DNA from: a virus
Length of the DNA stretch: 64,000 nt
Direction: 5' to 3' (one strand)
Virus record (IMG/VR): IMGVR_UViG_3300010885_050982
Span: 39,388 to 103,387 of that record
The translations under genes and the position numbers were made by a program. Numbering within the stretch: position 1 is the stretch's first letter; each line of letters opens with the position of its first letter. This document shows positions 19,401-27,521 of this stretch, one piece after another. A model generated the notes under the pieces. It was not told the DNA's origin, made no database searches, and worked only from the letters and a program-made list of their open reading frames with translations.

Positions 19401-20939
19401 GTTCTGTACGGCCAGCGTCCAGTAACGATCGTCTTTGGGAAGACGTCAATCTTCTCGAATGCCGATGCGGACGTCCTGAAACTCGAGATACTGGGCGACG
19501 GTATTCGGGAATTGAACAAGCGGCTGAAGAAAGGATGCGAACACACAGAAACTCACCCGACGTACCAGCCGCATTGTACGGTCGCCTATCTCAAGCCGGG
19601 GAAAGGCCACTTCTGGGTCGGCGGCGAAATGTTCGATCAATTGAAGTTCGATGCTGATGAAGTACAGTTCTCGAATAAGCAGCGGGAAAAGACGCCGATC
19701 TATTTGGTTTCAGAATCGAAGGAAATCGACGGTCGGATAATTCGAGCGAAAGAGTTGTACGCCAAGCATAAACCAGCAGCAGGGCAATCTTCGTTCAACT
19801 GGGATGAATCAAGAGTCACAAGGGATGATGAAGGGAAATTTGAGCACTGGAACACCGGCGAAGTGTCGGCATCGGCGCGTCCGCTTATCGTCGATTTTGA
19901 ACGACAAAATGATCGAGTGGAATTCAAACCACCGTCGCAATGGACAGATTCCGATAAGAGAAAAGCGAAACGACTGATCGCAGGTGCAAAAGCGGCAATG
20001 GAAGATCCACATTCAACAGGTCCATCGCTGTCGCATCCGATCCATACCAAGGAGTCTGCCGAAAAAGCAATGTGGAAAGCGTTGGAGGTCAGGAATTTTG
20101 GGACAGCCATGAGCAATCGATACGACGGCGATGATGGCGGACTGGAGAGCCTTGGACGCAAAATGCTTCAAGCTGCCAAGGACGAGATGGAATATGGTTA
20201 TGAGAAACGTCAGTTGGCGACACTGAAGAAGCCAAGGCAGAAAACAGGATTTGACCGGGAACTGGAAATCATGTTTGCAGCAGACAACTACTCAAGAGCC
20301 AAGCAGATCGTCGAAATCTACGGGAAGAAACCCGCAGGCGGACAACGGTCAATGTTTGACGAAGAGGATCATCCACGGGACCCGGCAAGCGGTGAGTTCG
20401 TCGAAAAGGATGGCGGCGCGGCCGCGAACGCATGGAAACCAGAGAATCACGTCAAAATCGCAGCCGATTCGATCGAGCGACTGCGCGGCGGAGACGTGTA
20501 TCGGCTTCTCGATTCGTCCCCGCCGGGAAACATGAATCAGATGGCTGAGTACATCCGTAAAAGCAGGCCGGACCTCGCCGGGCATGTTCAGGAAGCGACG
20601 GACGACATCAACGAAGATCGCGGAACGAAACCGCCAGAGCCGAAGCCAATGGAGCGTGTCGGCGTGCCAGGCATGCAAAAGAACCTGTTCGACGAAGAGC
20701 CGAGCGGACAAAAGCAGTTGTTCGACTACATCGCACCCAGCAAGAAAGACGTCAAGAAAGCGAAACAGGAAGACTTGCTTGCTGGCGTCAACTCTCGACT
20801 GAAGGAGCAACTTAAAAACAAGGAAACTCTGTCACCGGCGGACCTGCTCACGAACGTAACTCATGAGCCTCTCGCCGGGCAGCGTGATTTATTCACAAAG
20901 CGATTCGATATCGCTAAAGAACGGTTCAATCGGAAGTAA
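16476..20939 (+). CDS. Polyvalent protein: two ADP-ribosyltransferase-like domains, 2H phosphoesterase and other modules
   Basis: VWHGTT (ART-like); FKAWFGDSKVVD...VYHGT...GFYFTD...GFDGI...QVKS..NRGTFD (ART-PolyVal-like); HITALFG and PHCTVAY (two HxT motifs). Confidence 0.85.
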   Translation: METTERIARAMERYSKEFESKHPRDQDGMFAEKIESTAAMADGAFNPSWSVRKHGRMDCLMPVNHDSKPFVAELQRISSSLYDLDKDDPEQKFAIDIENRIGQAVHEFTFRNVHTEYGNEKSAFGVTGTGSATEVVKNAAACLIKAIKLYSHALPVIYFTAAERSRIGLYSLLSKRAEKVTGYIGYRVDLGNSDHALFALVDPSKATEFESVIRRQNAKVERYQKWDESKHVRDEVGKFANKSSSGSISESDKVAMPFDPFPKTFKEMKNRDYVDVWHGTTLQRLEKIIESGKTKTGERGQFLVSPRFRHASQYPEFPGEDEDPIVVSIRVPVSNLLPDENDQPGISLEQSLFGNHFGLAADVDGGIDISQIRGVYGESVDDAWTVAETGRHVAESILKNKSNRLDPVESARIDYAENGTKSKAFKAWFGDSKVVDSDGEPQETHGTAKPVYHGTPHDFEAFDSSTQDWSCEVGKGFYFTDNEELARSEYSKGGKVIAAYLKIDKPLDLDKPISDSDRDAIMEAGKKKFNHVDWNAPSGLTGDGIHRWIDNQLGTAFVNDVIEAAGFDGITHIARNKLGGRDKKKMDDFGRVWIAFAPSQVKSTDNRGTFDPKDNRMAYSKRIANAIEMYSFDPSQPRDKSGQWTAYDIGHKSGMNGFVSKRERQKALRENGHDIADSKVMQEFNRGHSDAISQKQNEREQAKNLRLAPFIEAARKNWKPGDFDIDDSDTQAWEAKLKSIAEEDADNADNEMDAENEKQQQINRDMKKHLVSEEVTSRARKIVGDWAKDHGWEVSNEHSSRTNSHYCTLAKRNGDEEESFTVRVSDHHAPHGSGFNEAKQEYHEPSDVNIVPELPPYDDESDWKEFDVKSGPDWSRFTVDTTELDKMARGDATDRQSYSKRIQSVLERYSKKPGEKKEHKFSSTQIDVPPEIAEKIRKLAERIPDNQLADDGRETDFHITALFGLHTNDPDDVKEVLYGQRPVTIVFGKTSIFSNADADVLKLEILGDGIRELNKRLKKGCEHTETHPTYQPHCTVAYLKPGKGHFWVGGEMFDQLKFDADEVQFSNKQREKTPIYLVSESKEIDGRIIRAKELYAKHKPAAGQSSFNWDESRVTRDDEGKFEHWNTGEVSASARPLIVDFERQNDRVEFKPPSQWTDSDKRKAKRLIAGAKAAMEDPHSTGPSLSHPIHTKESAEKAMWKALEVRNFGTAMSNRYDGDDGGLESLGRKMLQAAKDEMEYGYEKRQLATLKKPRQKTGFDRELEIMFAADNYSRAKQIVEIYGKKPAGGQRSMFDEEDHPRDPASGEFVEKDGGAAANAWKPENHVKIAADSIERLRGGDVYRLLDSSPPGNMNQMAEYIRKSRPDLAGHVQEATDDINEDRGTKPPEPKPMERVGVPGMQKNLFDEEPSGQKQLFDYIAPSKKDVKKAKQEDLLAGVNSRLKEQLKNKETLSPADLLTNVTHEPLAGQRDLFTKRFDIAKERFNRK

Positions 20940-21168
20940 AATACTTTTGGTGCAAAATACGCGGCAATCCATCCAAAATCATCACGCGATAACCTGGATC
21001 TCCCTGTCGCGCCAGTTCCGCGCAACGAGTTCGGCAGACAGCGAATTCTCCGTCGTTGCGTGTACTCGGAGCGTCTTCAACGGGGGTCCCCGCCGGAAAT
21101 GTGCGATGGTACTCGGTCCCGTCTTCGTGGCGGTCAATGAAGACGAGGTTTTGGATCAGTTTTGGCAT
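20926..21168 (-). CDS. Hypothetical protein
   Basis: GGAG RBS directly upstream; convergent with the 16476 gene. Confidence 0.45.
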   Translation of the reverse strand: MPKLIQNLVFIDRHEDGTEYHRTFPAGTPVEDAPSTRNDGEFAVCRTRCAELARQGDPGYRVMILDGLPRILHQKYFTSD

Positions 21169-21217
21169 TCTCCATCCAGTAAAAAAGCGTCAGGAAGCTT
21201 CTCGATGCTCAATGACG

Positions 21218-21550
21218 TCATTGATCGTCATCCAGTACAGTGAATTCGCGCGACATCCAGTATTCACGTACCAGACGGTCACCAATTCGATACGTGACAA
21301 AGTGTCCTTTGGTGGATTCGTAGTGGCCAAGATGGTAGCCGATTATTCCGGTCAGGTGCCTGCATCGAGTTCGCGTCATGTACAATTGGCAAGACGTTTC
21401 GTTGTACCTTGGGAATGGCGAGTCATCTGGAGAATCCGGTTGTTGCCGTGGCCAAACAGCCATCGCCCCGAAAACCAGACCGATGATGCATGCGTATGCA
21501 CCGAAAGCGACACGGGTGAAGGTTTTGATTTGCACATAATCCCTTTTCAT
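21218..21550 (-). CDS. Membrane-anchored hypothetical protein
   Basis: One hydrophobic helix (VAFGAYACIIGLVFGAMAVW). Confidence 0.5.
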   Translation of the reverse strand: MKRDYVQIKTFTRVAFGAYACIIGLVFGAMAVWPRQQPDSPDDSPFPRYNETSCQLYMTRTRCRHLTGIIGYHLGHYESTKGHFVTYRIGDRLVREYWMSREFTVLDDDQ

Positions 21551-21627
21551 TCGTAGGTGGCGTTAGTCAGATGGCATCATTCGCTTCAACTTGAATGCGG
21601 CCATGAGTCGACGACCGTGAAGTTTCG

Positions 21628-23400
21628 TCACGGCTTCACCTGTTTAACTTTCAGTGAATAAAGTTCGTTTCCACGGAAAAAATGAGTGTTTAACCCTTCC
21701 GCCGAAAGTGTCATGTCTGTGGAAATCATAGGGTCGCTGAAAACGCTCAGCTTCGTTGGATCGTCAAGTCTCAGGCCCTCCAACAATCCGTCGCGGACGA
21801 TTTGTGTGAACGTCCCCCGTCCGTTGACCGTGAAGTTCAATCCTTCGCTGGTGCAATTTCCGTCAGTGATCACGAGCTTTAATTCGTCGTTGTGACCGGC
21901 GAAATAAAGATAGCGAGAGTACACGCCTTTCTTCTCACTAAGAACCATCAGGGCGCCATTGTCGTACTTTGCGTCAACAATCTGACCGCCCTCGCAATCG
22001 ATCAATCGCGTCATCACGCACCGACCTGGAATCGGGAACGTTGAGCATCGCCACGAACCCAGCATGTTTTGAATAATGCATCCTGGGAATGCTCGGGTCG
22101 CGTTTGGCATGTCGACGACTTGGCCGACCTGTTTTGTGCGAACGGTAACAGTCCCGTCTCCACGAAGATCAATTAACTCGACCTCCAAGGCTTGTGAGTT
22201 GCTAATGGCAATCAGTCGACCGTCAGTTGTCGAGACCACAGAAGACGCATTGATGACAGTTCGGTCGAAGCTGTTCAGGCCAGAATCACGCAAGCAAAGG
22301 CGACCGGATTCGACCCATGCCAGAATCGGATTGTCCTTGTTTGTGTAAGCGACGACGACATCCGCCGGAGAGACGCCTTTCGGGTAATCGTGAGCCTGAT
22401 TGTCGATAAACCATTTCTGTGTCGTCAGGATTGTCCGCTTCAGGTTCGGCTTGGATACCGAAATGATGTCCCCGACTGCGGTAAACAGGCGAACGATGTC
22501 AAACTTCGCACTGCTGTTCAGAACGTCCGTTTTTCGGACTGCTGCCACGATCTCGAAATCGACCGGCGGCGGCACTCGGACGTCAGACTCCAGTGTTGAT
22601 TGAATCCAGCGACGGAGCGCGGCTGGGATCGAATCCAGTGGATAGCAGGCCCGGTTGAGCGCGCATTCAGGCCGGAAGAAAGACACCCGATCTTGCATCA
22701 TCGCTTCCATTCTCGGGCGACGATTGATTCCGTTGTCGATCGTCGCCTTCAGGAGTGACATGTATTTCGGATGGTCGCACTCGAACGGATGTTTTCCGAT
22801 ATACAGATTGGCGAGAAGGATTGCGTGGGCGTACCAGTCCGCGCCGCTGCCAGGCTTATTGAACGGGTCCTTGATGTTCAGCATGATCATCGTCGACGGA
22901 AACGATGGCGTCTGCCAATTGCCGGTGTCGATCGCGAAAACGGATTTGAAATCGTTCGAAAGCAACCAGTTGTTTTCGTTGTTGTCGACGATGAAGATAT
23001 CGTGTTTATGAGCATCCTCAACGATCAAATTCATGATCTTGGTGATGGCTGCAATCTTCCTTTCGTCCAGTCCGTGTTTTTTTCTAAACGTCATCGTGAA
23101 AAGGCTCGTCAGGACCCACGGATCTTGAACGGCAAGCATCGTCTCGCCGACCCGCTTGGAAGACTTGTAAAGCAACCCATGTGGTTTAATGATTCCGGGA
23201 TGCGTCAACACGGACAACTCGGCACACTTGGCTTCGGGCATCACGCATTTTGGATCGTGATAAACTCCCAGCGCAAGCTGCCCTTTGACGTAGATTGATT
23301 TCTCGCCGCCGCGACCCTTGAAATCTTTCGTCTCGTCAACGGAGAGTTCCGTTTTCGCTCCGGTCGCCAAATTCATTTCCGTGTATTTTGGCATTCTCAA
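21628..23400 (-). CDS. Ser/Thr protein kinase-like (TerY-P triad kinase type) with beta-rich C-terminal region
   Basis: GRGGEKSIY Gly loop, IVDNNENNWL catalytic loop, AIDTGNWQ, DWYA...GKHPF. Confidence 0.8.
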   Translation of the reverse strand: MRMPKYTEMNLATGAKTELSVDETKDFKGRGGEKSIYVKGQLALGVYHDPKCVMPEAKCAELSVLTHPGIIKPHGLLYKSSKRVGETMLAVQDPWVLTSLFTMTFRKKHGLDERKIAAITKIMNLIVEDAHKHDIFIVDNNENNWLLSNDFKSVFAIDTGNWQTPSFPSTMIMLNIKDPFNKPGSGADWYAHAILLANLYIGKHPFECDHPKYMSLLKATIDNGINRRPRMEAMMQDRVSFFRPECALNRACYPLDSIPAALRRWIQSTLESDVRVPPPVDFEIVAAVRKTDVLNSSAKFDIVRLFTAVGDIISVSKPNLKRTILTTQKWFIDNQAHDYPKGVSPADVVVAYTNKDNPILAWVESGRLCLRDSGLNSFDRTVINASSVVSTTDGRLIAISNSQALEVELIDLRGDGTVTVRTKQVGQVVDMPNATRAFPGCIIQNMLGSWRCSTFPIPGRCVMTRLIDCEGGQIVDAKYDNGALMVLSEKKGVYSRYLYFAGHNDELKLVITDGNCTSEGLNFTVNGRGTFTQIVRDGLLEGLRLDDPTKLSVFSDPMISTDMTLSAEGLNTHFFRGNELYSLKVKQVKP

Positions 23401-23406
23401 TCTTCC

Positions 23407-23778
23407 TCATGTGTATAATTCTACCGCCCAGCGTTGACGCAAATACAACTCGTCCGCCAGCTCGTCGACAGAATCGTGATCTATCCAAAGCTGGTACTTC
23501 AGTACCAGCAAAAACTTCTGGTAAACTTCGGGGCACATCGTGAAACTACCATCTTCGTGATGCCCGACTGGATGATCAACGAGCGGAACGATTGGCTGTT
23601 TTGGCTCAGCGACAGCGGGAACAGCATAAAGCCCGCGAGACTCTGCTCGTTCAGTTGCGATCAGTTGACTCAATGCAGATTTGCAATCAGCACAATCCGG
23701 GTCGAGTCTCGGCGTGTGCGCATGGCAACTACCGGCACGATTCAAATAAGCAATTCTGGTTTCTTCCACGATTCTCAC
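23407..23778 (-). CDS. Hypothetical protein inside the kinase/phosphatase operon
   Basis: Overlaps the PP2C stop; same strand. Confidence 0.55.
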   Translation of the reverse strand: MRIVEETRIAYLNRAGSCHAHTPRLDPDCADCKSALSQLIATERAESRGLYAVPAVAEPKQPIVPLVDHPVGHHEDGSFTMCPEVYQKFLLVLKYQLWIDHDSVDELADELYLRQRWAVELYT

Positions 23779-24659
23779 TCCACGTAAATCGCCGCCATTG
23801 AAAAGTCGTCGGTATGAACAATCCCCTGTTCGGCATATTCCCGCAAAACCATTCGAGCCTTACGGTACACGAACTCGCCTCTCAATCCCTTGATGTCGAG
23901 AAAAGGCTTGATTGCGTCAATCACCGGTAAAGAAGTCGGCTGGTCCCCTGGAGTCTTCTTGACGAAGCTTCCGATGCCGTCCGAGAACATTGCAACCATG
24001 TCGCATCTTTCGATAGGCACCCACCCTCTGATGCAGGGGATAAGTACAGGGCTGTGTCCGTGCTTAACCCTCCACTCGCTTTCGATGGAAAAGTCAGGTC
24101 GCAGGTTGTATTTTGTCGAGAAGACACCTTTCGAGCTATCCGCGAACCACTTTTCGCGGTCGCTTTTGTTAAGCTCGTAGCGCAAGTAGTATGGCGATCC
24201 TGAATCGTAATTAACGCTGTCGACGCTCCAAGCCTTGGATTCCCGCAGCCTGAATGCGACAACACCATCGCCAACCATGAACCAACGGATGGCATCTTCG
24301 TCGATGTGACAAAAAAGAAGAGTAGCCGAAAGCGAATTGAGGCCGATTCTTGTTGCGTCGGCCATCGAAGACGCCAGCCACGCGATCTGAGTTAGCGTTG
24401 GGCTTTCGCCAAATAAACTATCGTAGTCGCCACAAAATCGCTGCTGAGTGGCGAGTGCCAAGAACCGGCTGCCGAAGTCCGTCCGAGCGGAGATCGGCTC
24501 ACCGGCGCTGTTCAGGCAAAGCGAGCAGCCGTCCGAAAGAACGGCATGGCACCTGTTCGCCGCCAACGTCGACCCAGATGAGTCCGCATAGTCTTCGCAA
24601 ACTTTGTGCGACGAGCCCATGCGGAAAATATGACCTGAATTCCAAAACTTTGGCAGCAT
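23775..24659 (-). CDS. PP2C-family phosphatase
   Basis: GSSHKVCEDYA, AVLSDGCS, SATLL, VGDG, MFSDGI, HTDDFS. Confidence 0.88.
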   Translation of the reverse strand: MLPKFWNSGHIFRMGSSHKVCEDYADSSGSTLAANRCHAVLSDGCSLCLNSAGEPISARTDFGSRFLALATQQRFCGDYDSLFGESPTLTQIAWLASSMADATRIGLNSLSATLLFCHIDEDAIRWFMVGDGVVAFRLRESKAWSVDSVNYDSGSPYYLRYELNKSDREKWFADSSKGVFSTKYNLRPDFSIESEWRVKHGHSPVLIPCIRGWVPIERCDMVAMFSDGIGSFVKKTPGDQPTSLPVIDAIKPFLDIKGLRGEFVYRKARMVLREYAEQGIVHTDDFSMAAIYVE

Positions 24660-24692
24660 AAACAGGCTCCAGTAAATGTGGCGTGACGGCGA

Positions 24693-24908
24693 TTAGACCG
24701 GCTCAAAATTGTCAGCGAAGTATTGGCCAGCGACAAGCCACTGGTCGTCGTGATTCTTCGGATTGCGCGCGATCATGTCGCCAACCTGTGGCGACCCGTT
24801 CTTTTTGTCGGCCTCGCTCACGCTTACGTTTGCCGGGAGGACTTCCCCCTCAACGAACGGACGTAACTCAGCGATTTGCGATCTTCGATACTTCTTGAAC
24901 TCAGACAT
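24693..24908 (-). CDS. Conserved small phage protein
   Basis: GSPQVGDMIARNPKNHDDQWLVA..YFADNFE motif. Confidence 0.65.
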   Translation of the reverse strand: MSEFKKYRRSQIAELRPFVEGEVLPANVSVSEADKKNGSPQVGDMIARNPKNHDDQWLVAGQYFADNFEPV

Positions 24909-25080
24909 ACCATCCCTTTGCAAAAAAAAGCGAAACCATACTCTCTGTCAAACATTAACACAGCGTTTTCCGGCGGCTCGATCACGACCTTCACGGATGA
25001 AGAGTGTTGTTCGCGACTCAATCGAGCGTTGTCAAAACGAAAAGCTACTGATCCAAGCAAAGCAACGTCAGGCGAGCGCT

Positions 25081-25190
25081 GGCGCGACTCCAGTGTCGTT
25101 AGCGACAACTTTGCGGCGCTGGCCGTACCGGGAGCCGAGCCACTGGTTGGCTGGGCGCGACTCCAAGGTCGTTAGCGACGACTTTGCGGC
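25081..25190. repeat. 37-bp imperfect direct repeat x2 (34/37 identical) separated by 36 bp
   Basis: ggcgcgactcca[gt/ag]gtcgttagcgac[a/g]actttgcggc at 25081 and 25154. Confidence 0.9.
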
Positions 25191-25452
25191 CTCCGTTGAC
25201 GTCATCCTCAATACGGCAGTCTGGGACAAAGCACAACGCTTCGGCAACATTCGAACCCTGTTGCGTGGTGACCTGAACCAGACAGCCGAGGCCGGGGACT
25301 TCCATCGCCTTGGTCGACTTCATCCAGCCCTGCTCTTTTGAAGACGCCTTGCAAATAAGCTGGAACGTATCGCCGTTCCCGACGACAACGACATCGGAAA
25401 TCTTCTTCTGTGCGTCTTCGACGCTCGTCACACTCAAATCTTTTTCAGTCAT
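25099..25452 (-). CDS. Conserved phage hypothetical protein
   Basis: KASSKEQGWMKSTKAME...GCLVQVTTQQ...AEALCFVP. Confidence 0.7.
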   Translation of the reverse strand: MTEKDLSVTSVEDAQKKISDVVVVGNGDTFQLICKASSKEQGWMKSTKAMEVPGLGCLVQVTTQQGSNVAEALCFVPDCRIEDDVNGGRKVVANDLGVAPSQPVARLPVRPAPQSCR

Positions 25453-25515
25453 GAAAACTTACCTTCAACTAAAACAATCAAAACGACCGACGAAACACTC
25501 GTCAGTCAACTCAAC

Positions 25516-26340
25516 TCAAATCGTCGAGGCAATCGCCTGCGACGGTCCGCCAGTTCCCCTTGCCTGGCTTTGACTGGAAACAGACTCCGAAACAAACTTG
25601 CCGATTTTGCCGATCGTTTTAGGCGAAGCGTCATCAAGAGCGATCATCTCTTGAGTAAACCCAACACCGGTGTGAATCGACTCCAACTTATCCCGGCACG
25701 ACCCAAGATTAACGCCAATCAGAATCGAGACGTACGATTCCATCGCTTCTCCCGTCAACGGCAGCTTCATCGCTGATGCGGTCGTTTTCAGGCACTTTTC
25801 GTAAAGGTCTTTACTCGGGTATGGATGGCCAAGCGAATCGAGACCGGCAAAATTCTTCCCGGAATTGTTCATCCCGTCTGTGATGACAATCATGATTCCA
25901 TTGACGTCGTAGCCCTGTTTTCGGAGCGCGTCGGCATAGTGGAATGCAGCTTCGGAGCCGGAAATGATCGCGTCGAACAATGCTGTCGCGCCCTTCGGAG
26001 ACAACGACCCAGTCAGTGAATCGATATCGATATTGGCGAGCAGCGTGTAGCCGATCACCTCTTCGACTTGGTCGTGGAAACGAGTGATTCGAACCATCAT
26101 CGAGTCGGCTTTCGGGTGCGGCTTCACGCCGGTTGCCGGATCACCTTTCAGTGAAACGATCGCGCACTTCAATGCGGATTCCATTTCTTTCTCGAACGGA
26201 CCTGTCGAGCCGCTGACGTCAACAACAATATCGGCCAGCGTGTATCCAGAAGACTCCAATTCGTCAATCGACTGAGCGGTGAAACCGAACGTACCGACGT
26301 TGTACTGTTCTAGTTGTGTGTCGTCTGCAAATTTTGGCAT
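25516..26340 (-). CDS. von Willebrand factor A domain protein (TerY-like)
   Basis: MIDAS motif DVSGS, GATALFDAI, IVITDG; GGAG RBS before ATG 26340. Confidence 0.88.
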   Translation of the reverse strand: MPKFADDTQLEQYNVGTFGFTAQSIDELESSGYTLADIVVDVSGSTGPFEKEMESALKCAIVSLKGDPATGVKPHPKADSMMVRITRFHDQVEEVIGYTLLANIDIDSLTGSLSPKGATALFDAIISGSEAAFHYADALRKQGYDVNGIMIVITDGMNNSGKNFAGLDSLGHPYPSKDLYEKCLKTTASAMKLPLTGEAMESYVSILIGVNLGSCRDKLESIHTGVGFTQEMIALDDASPKTIGKIGKFVSESVSSQSQARGTGGPSQAIASTI

Positions 26341-26395
26341 GAACTTTCTCCAGTTTTGAAAATGAAATAATAGGATTTGCGCGGTTATTTCCCGA

Positions 26396-27361
26396 TCAGC
26401 TACGAAGCCATTCTTCGCAAGTTGCCGTGCGCATTCCTTTTGATGTCGCAGCCGTGACAAATGCGTCCCCAAGGAACTCCAAATTCGTGACGTCTGCGGT
26501 CCCGTCAGTCAGCAGAACAAGACGGCGGAAGAAATCTTCCGGGGTCGGGAATTCGTTCGCCAAGTCCATCGCTGTGTTTGCCAAACAGTGGCCACGAGCG
26601 AGACCAGCGATTCCGATTTCCTGATCAGGGTCTGACAGGATTTTTACGAAATGGCTGTTCGGTTGCGTCGAACTGTCGTCCGGGTCAGGGACCTCGGCGC
26701 GAACGGCACCGAAATGCTCGCACTTGATGTTCGACCCTTTCGTAATTGGCGTCGAGACAGCGAATTCGGTTCTCTCCCAGTGTAACCGAGCTTCACGGAT
26801 CGAATCCACAAGCAGGCCGGATGGTGTGCCGATACGGCAGTGCGGCGGCCAAATCATGTGGGGATAGCGACCGCCAGACGCAAGGTGCTCGTTATACGAG
26901 ACAGTCCATCGCTCAAACCCCGGATGCATGCACGATACGTGCTCGATTGGATTGAATTGGCCAGTGTTGCCAATGATCCCAAGCAAGAGCGAGCCATTTT
27001 TTGCAACGATTGTCGTGAATGGCGCAGGCACTGCGACCTGCTGACCTTTCACTTCCATGAAGTCGTAAATCTGGCGATCGATACCGTCAATCTTTACGAA
27101 CTTCTGAGACGGCGTCTTAACGAACCGATACCAAATTGGATGTGCGATGTGCAACTCCTGATGGCAATCGTATGTGATAGTCAAATCGTCAAGAGCCCGG
27201 CTGTACCTGATGATTGCAGCGGCGACCCGATCAAGAGCTTCGTATCCACCGGCGACACACAACTCTCCATCCATTTTGATTTGTTGCTCTGCCGGATCGA
27301 CCTTCGCGGCAAAGCCCCGCTGCGGGTCGATCAACAATAGATGCTTTTTCATTCGCGACAT
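26396..27361 (-). CDS. Nicotinamidase/isochorismatase-family cysteine hydrolase
   Basis: LLLIDPQ, TYDCH, IWPPHC..GT, ITKG, AGLARGHCL. Confidence 0.85.
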   Translation of the reverse strand: MSRMKKHLLLIDPQRGFAAKVDPAEQQIKMDGELCVAGGYEALDRVAAAIIRYSRALDDLTITYDCHQELHIAHPIWYRFVKTPSQKFVKIDGIDRQIYDFMEVKGQQVAVPAPFTTIVAKNGSLLLGIIGNTGQFNPIEHVSCMHPGFERWTVSYNEHLASGGRYPHMIWPPHCRIGTPSGLLVDSIREARLHWERTEFAVSTPITKGSNIKCEHFGAVRAEVPDPDDSSTQPNSHFVKILSDPDQEIGIAGLARGHCLANTAMDLANEFPTPEDFFRRLVLLTDGTADVTNLEFLGDAFVTAATSKGMRTATCEEWLRS

Positions 27362-27521
27362 AAAATTTCCTTGAAAGTTTTGCCCATCAGTTCATTGCCA
27401 CCTGGCCACTGGGCACATAACGATTTTGGCTGCGGCATGGATCACAAAAATCTTTTTGGAATTAAAAAATGATCCAACGTGACGATTTGTTCGTTGTCAT
27501 CGAAGTAACAAGGAGCACGAA

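Noticed and set aside
25081-25190. Diversity-generating retroelement TR/VR pair or bona fide CRISPR array
   Set aside because: Mismatches are not confined to adenines, only two units exist, and no reverse transcriptase or cas gene was seen
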